This document shows, piece by piece, positions 1-8,881 of a stretch of DNA of 63,473 nucleotides. A model generated the notes under the pieces. The model did no database searches, was not told the DNA's origin, and saw nothing but the letters and a program-made list of their open reading frames with translations. The translations under genes were made by a program, and so were the position numbers. The stretch lies in the NCBI GenBank assembly GCA_020434365.1, contig JAGRAX010000002.1, forward strand, positions 1-63,473, given 5' to 3'. Each line of letters begins with the position of its first letter. Within the stretch, counting starts at the first letter, position 1. Origin of the DNA: Bdellovibrionales bacterium (lineage in GTDB: Bacteria; Bdellovibrionota_G; JALEGL01; JAGRMV01).

Positions 1-507
1 GCCTTCATACTGATCTTTGCAGTTGGCGATTCCTGCAGAAAGTTCTACAAAGAGATCATCTGAAAAAATTCTTTTCCATGATTGACTCAATCGATCCAAG
101 CGATGGGCGTGTCGATCTCCTTTGAGACTGTGATTGAGAAATTCGACGTCTTGTCCTACATACGCCAACGAATACTGCGTCACCCAAAGTCCTTTTTCGT
201 AATCTCGGACCAACAGTTTAATGTCCATGCTTTCTTGTTTTGTACGATCCAAACCATTGAAGTCAAAGCTGCTTTCCCGTAGGCGTTGTCTCCTAAACTC
301 CATGGCCACGCGACCTGAAAGCCTTTTGATTCCTGATTCATTTTGAACAATCCCAGCATAGGAAGAAGCGTCGACATCAAATGACCTTTGACTTTGGTAA
401 GGAATCAAAGAAAAGCGCTCATACAGCTTCATTTCTGATGCAAAGCAAGGCATACAAAAACATATACCTATGATCATTCCCAACCATGTTTGCTCAGTTC
501 CTTTCAT
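1..507 (-). CDS. hypothetical secreted protein, partial (3' end runs off the left edge of the window)
   Basis: Absent from the ORF track because there is no stop inside the window. My manual minus-strand translation from the ATG at 507..505 stays open for 169 codons down to position 1: MKGTEQTWLGMIIGICFCMPCFASEMKLYERFSLIPYQSQRSFDV... The hydrophobic N-terminus resembles a signal peptide. No clear SD sequence and no family recognised. Confidence 0.4.
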   Translation of the reverse strand, partial: MKGTEQTWLGMIIGICFCMPCFASEMKLYERFSLIPYQSQRSFDVDASSYAGIVQNESGIKRLSGRVAMEFRRQRLRESSFDFNGLDRTKQESMDIKLLVRDYEKGLWVTQYSLAYVGQDVEFLNHSLKGDRHAHRLDRLSQSWKRIFSDDLFVELSAGIANCKDQYEG

Positions 508-840
508 CTCGACACATATAATGCAAAGCTTAGGCCAAGAAAGGTAAGGAAGGCTCAATCGATCGTAACATATTGATATAATAAGATTTATCCTTTGTGT
601 TTCACAAATGGGAGCTATAAAACTGCCTTTGATTTGCTCAATATAAGGAGCACATGTCGCAAAAGATGCGCAGCTTAAGTCCCTAGAAAAAATAGGCTTT
701 TTTTCTCTGACCTGTGTCGACAAGACGCCCAAGGATATGTTTGCAAGTCGGAAAAAACATAGTAACTAGAGACAAAAAGAGTGGCAAAAACCTTCTAGAG
801 CATAGGTATATCCCGAAGCGTTCTCTGCCAGATCCATGAC

Positions 841-2583
841 GTGATTGAAGAAGCAAAAAAACTCTCGAAAAATGGCCAATTTTTAGAAGCGGCCAAGATC
901 TATTCTTCCTTAGATTTTCAAGAAAAAGCACAAGAAATGCTTGGAATGCATGCCCTCCAAAAAAGGGATTTTTCCACGGCTCTTACGCATCTTAGGCAAA
1001 CCAAACGTTTTGATCTTCTTGCAAAAGTATATCAAGAATTGGGCTTGGAAACTCAGTACTTTGAAGCCAAGGGACAAGAGGAGCTTCAAAAAGGTGAGCT
1101 AGAAAGCGCTGCTCAATCGTTTCTGAGAGGAAAGCTTTATTTGAAAGCGGCCAAGGCTTTCGATCAGCTTTCTGATGATCGAAACGCAGCGATCAACTAT
1201 CTCAAAGCAGGAGAAGTTGAAAAAGCTTGTAACCATTTAAGAAAAATTGGAGATCACTTGCGAGTGGCGCGCATTTACGAAATGTATCAGCAGCCTCAAA
1301 AAGCACTTCAAGTCTATCGAAACCTCGGCGTACACAAAAAAGTTGAAGACATCCTGCAAGAGCAAAATCGCATTTTTGAACTCACCAAACATTACTTTGA
1401 ACGAGGTGATTCTGACAAAGCAATTTTATTGATTGATTCCATCCAGTACAACCATCCAGACTTTGCACGCACGCAATTTCTGCTTGCCAGACACGAAAAA
1501 AAACAAGGTGAGTACAAAAGAGTCCTTTCCATTTTTCATCGGTGTTTTGAGGATCATCGAATATCAATCAGTCCTTCGACTTTGTTTGCTTTTGGAGTCT
1601 TGCTAGAAGAGATCGAAGCCTATACGGAAGCTCTCAAGGTTTTCTATAGTTTGATTGAAAAGGATGATCAGAGCCCTGAACTGAAAAATAAAATTGATCA
1701 ACTTGAAAATAAAATTTCTCCGGTTCCTACTTCAGAAATCAAAAACATTAAAAATTATGAAAACCGTTTTCAAGTTCTTCAAACTCTTGGGAAAGGTGCT
1801 ATGGGTGTGGTTTACAAAGCCAATGATATCCTTTTGAATAAAATTGTTGCAGTAAAAACGATGTATAAAAATCATCTTGATGATCAAGAACTTCTGAAAG
1901 CTTTCATTCAAGAAGGCGAAACCGCAAAAAAACTAGATCATCCCAACATCATTCAGGTGTATGACTATGGGATGGATGGGTCACAGTACTTTATCTCGAT
2001 GGAATATCTCAATGGAAAAACCTTAGATTTGGCTCTCAAAAAGCTCCAACGTATGAGTTTAGAAAATTTATTGTCCATTGCCATACCTCTATGCAGTGCG
2101 ATTGATTATGCACATGAGCATGACATCATCCACCGAGATATCAAACCTTCGAACGTTATGCTCTTGCCTTCAAAAGGCGTAAAGCTCATGGACTTTGGAA
2201 TTTCAAAAATTGTGAATAAGACCTTTAGCTATCGCTCTCTGGCAAGAGGAACTCCTATCTACATGTCTCCAGAACAAATTTTGGGCATACAAACCAACAA
2301 GCAATCAGACCTTTATTCTCTAGGGATTTTGCTGTTTGAAATGGCCTGCGGCGAGCCTCCCTTTAAAAAGGGAGATGTTTTGTACGATCACATTCATAAA
2401 TCGCCACCAGAGCTGGCCAAACTTGATCCCAGCGTCCCCATGGAATTGGTCAATGTCATCATGCCCTGCCTGGCCAAAAAACCTGAAGGCCGACCTCAAA
2501 GCGTAAAAAAAATCATGGACGTTCTTGTGTCTTTACAACACCAACTTGATCTGGTTCATCGAGAACTGGAAACAGACTCGTAA
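841..2583 (+). CDS. Ser/Thr protein kinase (Hanks type) with an N-terminal TPR-like helical repeat region
   Basis: 580-aa ORF with a GTG start. The C-terminal half carries the G-loop GKGAMGVVYKA, VAVK, catalytic loop HRDIKPSNVML, DFG (MDFGISK) and GTPIYMSPEQ. The N-terminal ~300 aa contains recurring helical units (AAKIYSSL.., LAKVYQEL.., AAKAFDQL.., VARIYEMY..). Confidence 0.85.
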   Translation: MIEEAKKLSKNGQFLEAAKIYSSLDFQEKAQEMLGMHALQKRDFSTALTHLRQTKRFDLLAKVYQELGLETQYFEAKGQEELQKGELESAAQSFLRGKLYLKAAKAFDQLSDDRNAAINYLKAGEVEKACNHLRKIGDHLRVARIYEMYQQPQKALQVYRNLGVHKKVEDILQEQNRIFELTKHYFERGDSDKAILLIDSIQYNHPDFARTQFLLARHEKKQGEYKRVLSIFHRCFEDHRISISPSTLFAFGVLLEEIEAYTEALKVFYSLIEKDDQSPELKNKIDQLENKISPVPTSEIKNIKNYENRFQVLQTLGKGAMGVVYKANDILLNKIVAVKTMYKNHLDDQELLKAFIQEGETAKKLDHPNIIQVYDYGMDGSQYFISMEYLNGKTLDLALKKLQRMSLENLLSIAIPLCSAIDYAHEHDIIHRDIKPSNVMLLPSKGVKLMDFGISKIVNKTFSYRSLARGTPIYMSPEQILGIQTNKQSDLYSLGILLFEMACGEPPFKKGDVLYDHIHKSPPELAKLDPSVPMELVNVIMPCLAKKPEGRPQSVKKIMDVLVSLQHQLDLVHRELETDS

Positions 2584-2606
2584 GGCTACATTATTTTTAG
2601 GCTTAT

Positions 2607-2984
2607 CTAGGATACCACATGAAGATCAAAAAACTCTCTTATGTAGCGATCAATGGCTTGGCTCATTTCATGTTCTAATTCTATAAAATTAAGCGCAATA
2701 ACCGGAGGGCTTTGATCCGAAAGATCAATGCGCACCACCCTCGCCTTGGACGATACCACTTGGTTTGTCTTGGGTACTTTGAATGTGATTTTCATGATTT
2801 GGCTAATCTCGGGGAGACTTTGATTTTCACCCACAATATTTGCGCATACGCAAAGACCATTTTTGGACAAATCTCTGGCATAACCAAACACAATTTTTTT
2901 CTCATCTTGCGCCTCGACAGTCATAGAGACCGGAACCCTAGGAAATTTTCGGCGTTCCTGGCGATGCTCAGTGTTGATACCCAT
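2607..2984 (-). CDS. PilZ domain protein (c-di-GMP binding)
   Basis: 125 aa. The N-terminal RRKFPR (RxxxR) is followed about 25 aa later by DLSKNG (D/NxSxxG), which together form the bipartite PilZ signature. Confidence 0.75.
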   Translation of the reverse strand: MGINTEHRQERRKFPRVPVSMTVEAQDEKKIVFGYARDLSKNGLCVCANIVGENQSLPEISQIMKITFKVPKTNQVVSSKARVVRIDLSDQSPPVIALNFIELEHEMSQAIDRYIREFFDLHVVS

Positions 2985-3182
2985 TTCTTAATGCTATGAT
3001 ACAGGATCTCATCTGCAAAAGCTATGTAGAAGCTTTTTTAAGGGACTTTCGCCTATATTATAACTTGCACAGACTCAAAAAGTTCGTTAGCACTATTGCG
3101 TCATTGGGAAAGTCTCGATCCAGTAGCAGGAGCAAATCACGCTCAAAAGAAGAATTCAATCGAGACAAGTGGGAGAACGAAA

Positions 3183-4625
3183 ATGAGAAAATATGTATCA
3201 AGTTTGGTCATCTGTATACTTGCGATAAGCGCACAAAGCTGCTCTACACAGGACATCATTTATAATTTTATTTATGGTTTCGATAGCCTGATCAGAGCCT
3301 CAAACAAAGGTCAAGAAGATCGCTTTGGAGAACAAATCTCTTACGATGGAAGCACTCTGGCCGTCGGAGCACGTCTGGAAGATGGCAATGACAGCGGCAT
3401 GGAGGTCAGCAAAGGTAAAGTCTACTTATATCAAAAAATAGATCAGGTCTGGACCGAAGTTGCTGTAATCACGGCAGATGATGGCGAAGCAGGTGACCAA
3501 TTTGGATTTTCTGTTTCCATTCAAAGTCCGTATTTATTTGTAGGTGCGCGCTACCACGATGGCGACGACTCTGTAGACCAATTCCAACGAGGAGCTGTAT
3601 ATGTTTTTAAATACAATAGAGGCACCGATACATGGGAAAAAAAGCAAACCTTGCAGCACACAGAATTTGACCCCTCAGATGCATTTGGTTCCCTTGTCAA
3701 AGCTCATAAAAATAAAAAATATCTGTTCGTATACGCAGAAGGAGATGATGGCGAAAACAACATAGAAAGCACAACTGGTGCCGTGTACGTATTTAAGAGA
3801 AATGGTGAAACTTGGAAACAGCATCAAGTACTACACGGATCTAACTACAATGCCTTTGACTACTTTGGTAGTTCCATGGACTCCAGTGGAAAATATCTTG
3901 TTGTGGGTGCCAAGGAAACTGATGGAGATGATTCCGGTAACCAAGATGAATCTGGCAGCGCCTTTGTTTTTAAGTTGGAAGATGATGAAACTCTAGGAGA
4001 AAGCTGGAATCAAAAACAAGAACTCACCGCTTCAGACAAATCTGAGGGGGATCAGTTTGGTACTTCTGTAGCCATCGATGGGAATCGCATCATTGCCGGT
4101 GCTCCTGACGAAAATGGGGATAAATCTACACCACAAACAGGCTCAGGTGCGGCCTATATTTTTGAGAAAAAAGAGTCTGTATATGTGGTCGCCAATACCG
4201 AACCTGTCAGTTCAGAATCTTGGCTGCAAAGTCATAAAATCAAGGATCCCAGCATCGATGATGCCACCACAGGCACAGCTGTCAATCCTGGAACCAATGA
4301 TGGATTTGGTTTTTCAGTAAATATCGAAGGTCAGCGTGTGGCCATTGGTTCTCCTGGAGAAAATGGAAGCGACGACGGAAACCAAGATGATAGAGGTATC
4401 GTCGTAACATTTGGTCTCAATGATGAAACCCAAAATTGGGAAATCACCAATCGTTTGAGTATCCCAAACTACAGTATGAATGACTCTATGGGTAGCGAAG
4501 TCATTATGGATGGAGAGGTACTCTTTGCATCTGTACATTTTGAAGATGGAGATCATTCTTTAAGTCAGACCAATATTGGTGCCGTGGCTATTTTTGGACC
4601 CGGCGAATTCTCGACCATTGAGTAA
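3183..4625 (+). CDS. secreted FG-GAP repeat protein (7-bladed integrin-alpha-like beta-propeller)
   Basis: Seven tandem ~60-aa units carry FG cores (EQISYDG, DQFGFSVSI, DAFGSLV, DYFGSSMD, DQFGTSVAIDG, DGFGFSVNIEG, DSMGSEVIMDG). Each is followed by an Asp-rich loop (EDGNDSG, HDGDDSV, GDDGENN, TDGDDSG, DENGDKS, ENGSDDGN, EDGDHS) and a G-A-x-Y-V/I-F strand. I moved the start to the ATG at 3183 (MRKYVSSLVICILAISAQSCS, signal-like), which has GGGAG 7 nt upstream. The ORF track extends to 3096. Confidence 0.8.
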   Translation: MRKYVSSLVICILAISAQSCSTQDIIYNFIYGFDSLIRASNKGQEDRFGEQISYDGSTLAVGARLEDGNDSGMEVSKGKVYLYQKIDQVWTEVAVITADDGEAGDQFGFSVSIQSPYLFVGARYHDGDDSVDQFQRGAVYVFKYNRGTDTWEKKQTLQHTEFDPSDAFGSLVKAHKNKKYLFVYAEGDDGENNIESTTGAVYVFKRNGETWKQHQVLHGSNYNAFDYFGSSMDSSGKYLVVGAKETDGDDSGNQDESGSAFVFKLEDDETLGESWNQKQELTASDKSEGDQFGTSVAIDGNRIIAGAPDENGDKSTPQTGSGAAYIFEKKESVYVVANTEPVSSESWLQSHKIKDPSIDDATTGTAVNPGTNDGFGFSVNIEGQRVAIGSPGENGSDDGNQDDRGIVVTFGLNDETQNWEITNRLSIPNYSMNDSMGSEVIMDGEVLFASVHFEDGDHSLSQTNIGAVAIFGPGEFSTIE

Positions 4626-4637
4626 ATTACTCTTATC

Positions 4638-4690
4638 ACTGCGATCGAGCTCCAATTAAAAGAGCTCGATCGCAGTACTTTTTTTATTTT
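4638..4690 (+). terminator. rho-independent terminator after the FG-GAP gene
   Basis: A perfect 15-bp stem (actgcgatcgagctc at 4638..4652 pairing with gagctcgatcgcagt at 4662..4676), a 9-nt loop, then a T-run starting at 4679. Confidence 0.75.
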
Positions 4691-4772
4691 TTCAAATTGA
4701 TAAAAAGCTCTCAGACTTTCTCAATAAAACGTTGAATTCATGTAAGAAACATATGACAATGTTTCTCCTATC

Positions 4773-6941
4773 ATGAGCGATTCAAATTCTCCTTTTTGGA
4801 ATCATCCTAGAATGTTTCGGCTTTTATTTGGATGTCTATGCATTTTTTTTCTTCTCTTGTGTTTTCAAAATACTCCAGGAGTGTTTACAGACCAAGGTGT
4901 CATTCTCAATGATTCGGACCCTTATTATCGACTGTCGCGTATAGAATCTCTTACAACACAGTCCATCAGTTACCCGATGAAAGATCCACGATTGGATTAT
5001 CCAACGGGATTTTCGGTACCATGGCCGATGGGGCTTGATTACCTTCTGGCAATGCCTATGCGTTTTTTTGGTGTTAAAGACCGAAGCTCAATGGCCATTT
5101 TTTCTTCTTTAAGCATTCCTTTCTTGTCACTTCCCATTTTGATTGCGGTAGTTTTAAGCACACTAATGCTAACAAACTCTTTTATTTTTTCTCTTTTGGC
5201 CGGTCTTTTCATATGCATATTCCCCTTTGTCCGCTATCAATCTGGAATCGGACGCATCGATCATCATTTTCTAGAAGCACTTTTATGCGGCATGTCCTTT
5301 ATGTGCGTTCAATGGATACAAAAAAAAGAAACTTGGACATGCAAAGCTCTGTTGATTCTCTGTTTGGGCCTTGGACCGAGTTTTTGGCCACAGGCTTGGA
5401 TAGTTGGGCCCATGGTTTTTTTGGCCTTTTTATCCATGCATTCCAACATCGCTTTCTCTACACAAGCGTATTTATTTTTAATTGCAGCTTTTGTTCACAG
5501 TTTTTTCTTGGCATTTTCTCAAAATTTTTTGTCTGGAACTTTTTCTCTCTTTGGATTTTCGTGGTGGACGACCATCCTATATCTATCGATCGCAACAATA
5601 CTTTCCATTTTATCTTTGCTAAAAAAAGAAGCTCGCAGTCTTCGATGCTTTGCAAGTTCGATAAGCACGCTAAGTATCGCAAGCACTTTTCTTCTATGGA
5701 AAAACGGATTGTTTGAGATGAGCCGCGAGATTCAATCTACAAGCCAAGTACTTATCCGGGATACAAAGCACTTATCTGCTTCAACATTAGAAGCCAAACA
5801 CCTACATTTGATGAGCTCAAACATATGGCTGCACCAAGGCTTGTATTTGATTCCTCTATCCTGTTTTTCTTTGATTTTATTTTCGATAAAAAGAAAATAT
5901 AAAACTCTCATACTCTACAGCTTGATTCCTCTAGCTTTGTGTTGGATTCAAATTCGTTTTGTAACCATGGCTTCTACCCTAGTTTGCATTGTAGCAACTT
6001 TGCTATTACATGAGCTTTTTGAACTTCTATCTGACCGAAGTCAGAGAGTTCGCTGCTCTATTGTCAGTATCTTGGTTTTGATTTTAGCCTTTCCCATTCT
6101 TCCTCAATGGGGTTGGACACGTTTTTCCAACTCCCATCCTTTTTTTCCCAGCATTTTCCAATTTGGACGCTTTGTAAAAGCAGAGCAAGAGATCCGTGTT
6201 CTCTCTCAGACAACAAACTCTGTCATGGCTCATTGGGATTATGGACACTGGCTTTTATATTTTACAAATTTCAATGTAATTGCTCACCCCTTTCAAACAA
6301 AACTTTCACAAAAGGTAACCAATCTTCTGGTCTCGAAAAATATCCATGCACTCAATCGTTTTGCAGAAAAACATGACGTTCAGTACTTGCTAACAGAATT
6401 TTCTCCAAAAAGAACCCATCAATGGCTTCTCAACTCTGGGCAAGATCCTGCACCCTACATTCATATTGTACATAGTCCACAGGGAGACCACTATCAAATC
6501 AAGGATGATCAATTTATAGATCTCAACATAGCTCAATTTTACTTTCTCAATGCACAAGAAAAAAATGGAGACCACTCTAAGCATTGGAGACTGGCTTTTA
6601 TCAGCCCCTATGGATCCCCAGGCTATGGACAGCTCACCGCTATGAAAGCCTTTGAGAGAGTCAAAGGTGCAAGGGTGCGCTTAAAAAATGCGTCACTTGA
6701 TGTATCCAGGATAGAAGCTCCAATTGATTATGTGTACAAAAAGCAGTTTTTATTTTCTCAAAAACCTCAAAGAGATGGAAAAGATCTTTTATGGATTGTT
6801 CCCTATGCCCAATACGATCGGGGAGGCGTTCGTTTTGATGGATACTATTATATAAAATCAGATCAAGGTCAGGTCATCGCCAAGGTTGGCCCCATTCAAG
6901 AACTGGAAGTACTTCACGGTGAAGAATTGATTGTATATTGA
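4773..6941 (+). CDS. oligosaccharyltransferase, AglB/STT3/PglB family (polytopic membrane protein with a C-terminal soluble domain)
   Basis: 722 aa, with roughly 11-13 hydrophobic segments in the first ~450 aa. Four motifs occur in the canonical order: NDSDPYYRLSRIE (acidic DxD-type first loop, aa 47-49), GRIDHHFLE (D-H-H metal-site motif as in archaeal AglB, aa 163-165), SASTLEAK (TIxE/SVSE-like loop motif, aa 337-340), and MAHWDYGHW (WWDYG motif variant, nt 6231..6245). Confidence 0.75.
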   Translation: MSDSNSPFWNHPRMFRLLFGCLCIFFLLLCFQNTPGVFTDQGVILNDSDPYYRLSRIESLTTQSISYPMKDPRLDYPTGFSVPWPMGLDYLLAMPMRFFGVKDRSSMAIFSSLSIPFLSLPILIAVVLSTLMLTNSFIFSLLAGLFICIFPFVRYQSGIGRIDHHFLEALLCGMSFMCVQWIQKKETWTCKALLILCLGLGPSFWPQAWIVGPMVFLAFLSMHSNIAFSTQAYLFLIAAFVHSFFLAFSQNFLSGTFSLFGFSWWTTILYLSIATILSILSLLKKEARSLRCFASSISTLSIASTFLLWKNGLFEMSREIQSTSQVLIRDTKHLSASTLEAKHLHLMSSNIWLHQGLYLIPLSCFSLILFSIKRKYKTLILYSLIPLALCWIQIRFVTMASTLVCIVATLLLHELFELLSDRSQRVRCSIVSILVLILAFPILPQWGWTRFSNSHPFFPSIFQFGRFVKAEQEIRVLSQTTNSVMAHWDYGHWLLYFTNFNVIAHPFQTKLSQKVTNLLVSKNIHALNRFAEKHDVQYLLTEFSPKRTHQWLLNSGQDPAPYIHIVHSPQGDHYQIKDDQFIDLNIAQFYFLNAQEKNGDHSKHWRLAFISPYGSPGYGQLTAMKAFERVKGARVRLKNASLDVSRIEAPIDYVYKKQFLFSQKPQRDGKDLLWIVPYAQYDRGGVRFDGYYYIKSDQGQVIAKVGPIQELEVLHGEELIVY

Positions 6942-7010
6942 TACGTCGCATGGCTTTTTATGCGAATGAAACATTGAATTTTTATATTGATGTAGTAGCC
7001 TTCAAAACCT

Positions 7011-7451
7011 ATGAATCTTTCATCAAACCAAATCACAAACTTTCTACTGTTCGGCATTTTTCTACTTTTGGCTGTGGATGTATTTTCACCCAGGCAGGCA
7101 GCACAAAGATCAATCGATCCCCAGCAACGCCAACTATCTCAAATGGGAAGATCACCAGGAATGGGAGGACACGGTGAAGTCAAAGACATGGGAAATCCCC
7201 ATACTGGTGACAATGGCTTTAGTTTTGAAAATATGGTGTTTGCAGCACTGAAATGTCCATCGGATCCTGTTCTCACACTTTCCGATCTTTCGTGTACGGG
7301 ATCTGAAGCCGAGAAACGCAAGCAAGTCGTGCAAGAACTTTCCTCTCAAAACCTTCCTCCTAGACTTCTCTTTGACCGAGTGATTGACGAATTTGGTGAG
7401 GGCGCCCTTACAGACCAGGCCTTAGAGATTCGAAGAGCCAATAGAGGCTAG
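7011..7451 (+). CDS. hypothetical membrane-anchored or secreted protein
   Basis: 146 aa with an N-terminal hydrophobic segment (ITNFLLFGIFLLLAVDVF). It lies 70 nt downstream of the oligosaccharyltransferase on the same strand. No family confidently recognised. Confidence 0.5.
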   Translation: MNLSSNQITNFLLFGIFLLLAVDVFSPRQAAQRSIDPQQRQLSQMGRSPGMGGHGEVKDMGNPHTGDNGFSFENMVFAALKCPSDPVLTLSDLSCTGSEAEKRKQVVQELSSQNLPPRLLFDRVIDEFGEGALTDQALEIRRANRG

Positions 7452-7481
7452 GAAATTTCGAAGGCCTTGTTCTTTTGGATC

Positions 7482-8846
7482 TTACGAAAGATCTTGAGCA
7501 AGGAGACTTCGGTAGGTCTCTACATCGGAAAAAACTTTGCTTTTATCAACCTGTAAAAAATTTCGATCCCGGTACACGACTTCTCCGTCTACAATTACCG
7601 TAGAAACATCTGAAGATTTTGTGGCATAGACCAATTGAGAATAAGGGTTGTAACAAGGCATCTGATGAGGTGTATCTCGATCAACCAAAATCACATCGGC
7701 CTTTTTTCCCACTTCCAGAGACCCTATTTCATGCTGCATAGAAATGGATCGGGCTCCTTCTATTGTGGCCATCTCAAAAACACTTTGTGCTGGCATGACC
7801 GTAGGATCTTTTTCTATGAGTTTATGAAGTTTCGCTGCGAGGTCCATTTCTTCCCACAAACTCAAGTCATTATTGGAAGCAGCTCCATCAGTTCCCAAAC
7901 CCACTGCGATTCCCTGCTTGATCATGGCTGGAATTCGAGCGGTTCCCGAAGCAAGTTTCATATTGGAATGTGGACAATGCACAACACCAACTTGCGCATG
8001 CTCAAGCCTCTCAAGATCTTTGACTCCGGGAGTCCAAATCACATGAGCAGCGATCATACGCGAGTCAAGAATCCCAATGTCATATAAATACTCAATGACT
8101 GAGTTCGCTTTTTTCCCAAAATTTTCCTGGATCTGCTGCACTTCGGTTTCAGGCTCAGCTACATGAATCAAAAATGGCGCTTGCAACTCTTGTGACAATT
8201 GATGAGCCTGAATCAAATGCTCAGGCGACACTGCATAAGGGGAGTGTGGAGCTAGACCTGGAGTAATTCGCCTATGATCTTTCCAATGATCGTGAAACTC
8301 CCTGGCAAGTTCTAGACCTTCGTCCCAACCTTTGGGATTGTCAGGTGTAGGAAAATCAATAAGATTTTGCCCTGAAATCGCTCTCATGCCGGTGTGATCA
8401 ATGGCGCGAGCTACGGAATGTGCATGAAAAAACATATCTGCAAAGCAAGTGATTCCAGCCGCCATCATTTCCATACAACCCAAAAGAGATCCCGTATATA
8501 CAAAATTCTCATCTGCATGTTTGGCTTCGGCAGGCCAAATGAAATGTTGTAGCCAATCCATGAGCATTCGATCATCTGCAAGACCCCGAAATAAGGTCAT
8601 TGCCACATGGCTGTGGCCGTTAATCAATCCAGGAAGAATCCATTTGCCTTTTGCATCTATCGTTGTCTTGGCACTTTGGTACTCGGCATTTTGCTGTGGG
8701 CCTACATATACAATTCTGCCGTCAATCACACCCAGCCCGGCAGATTCATAGATGCTTCTAGAAGGATCCATGGACACCAGGGTTCCTCCATGAATCCACA
8801 GGTCAAAATGTTTTTTTTTCTCTTCGAATGGATCTCGAGACATCAA
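7482..8846 (-). CDS. mtaD: amidohydrolase, 5-methylthioadenosine/S-adenosylhomocysteine deaminase-like
   Basis: 454 aa. PGLINGHSHVAMTLFRGLADDRMLMDWLQHFIWPAE is the typical metal-binding HxH region of the MtaD/chlorohydrolase subfamily. HVAE, HCPHSNMKL and GTDGAASNN are also present. Confidence 0.75.
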   Translation of the reverse strand: MMSRDPFEEKKKHFDLWIHGGTLVSMDPSRSIYESAGLGVIDGRIVYVGPQQNAEYQSAKTTIDAKGKWILPGLINGHSHVAMTLFRGLADDRMLMDWLQHFIWPAEAKHADENFVYTGSLLGCMEMMAAGITCFADMFFHAHSVARAIDHTGMRAISGQNLIDFPTPDNPKGWDEGLELAREFHDHWKDHRRITPGLAPHSPYAVSPEHLIQAHQLSQELQAPFLIHVAEPETEVQQIQENFGKKANSVIEYLYDIGILDSRMIAAHVIWTPGVKDLERLEHAQVGVVHCPHSNMKLASGTARIPAMIKQGIAVGLGTDGAASNNDLSLWEEMDLAAKLHKLIEKDPTVMPAQSVFEMATIEGARSISMQHEIGSLEVGKKADVILVDRDTPHQMPCYNPYSQLVYATKSSDVSTVIVDGEVVYRDRNFLQVDKSKVFSDVETYRSLLAQDLS

Positions 8847-8881
8847 ACCCCTAAACTCCTATAAAATTTTTATAAAGTTTC

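Noticed and set aside
82-380. Two 66-aa ORFs from the track (82..282 on the plus strand, 180..380 on the minus strand).
   Set aside because: A longer open frame on the minus strand, running from 507 to the window edge with a signal-peptide-like start, explains the region better. The listed ORFs are in other frames and have no features.
654-686. 10-codon mini-ORF (MSQKMRSLSP) with an AAGGAG 4 nt upstream, in the 508..840 intergenic region.
   Set aside because: It is too short to support from sequence alone. The SD spacing is short and no attenuator-like structure follows. Kept only as a note.
3096-3182. 29-codon N-terminal extension of the FG-GAP ORF. Similar upstream extensions occur at 10568..10606, 23351..23446 and 42482..42613.
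   Set aside because: In each case an internal ATG is preceded by a GGAG-type SD at proper spacing and begins a canonical signal or anchor sequence. The extensions are hydrophilic, or they overlap the upstream gene.
5213-5716. 167-aa plus-strand ORF in an alternative frame inside the oligosaccharyltransferase gene.
   Set aside because: It lies entirely within a gene supported by ordered catalytic motifs. Its translation is low-complexity (Phe, Ser and Cys rich) with no motif, as expected for a shadow ORF in a TM-rich, T-rich coding region.
7011-7451. Possible CcmH/NrfF-like relationship of the 146-aa protein (KCPSDPVLTLSDLSCTGSEAEKRKQVVQEL...IDEFGEGAL).
   Set aside because: The defining CxxC haem-handling motif is absent (the Cys residues are 13 apart), and the resemblance is only a loose pattern. 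Left as hypothetical.
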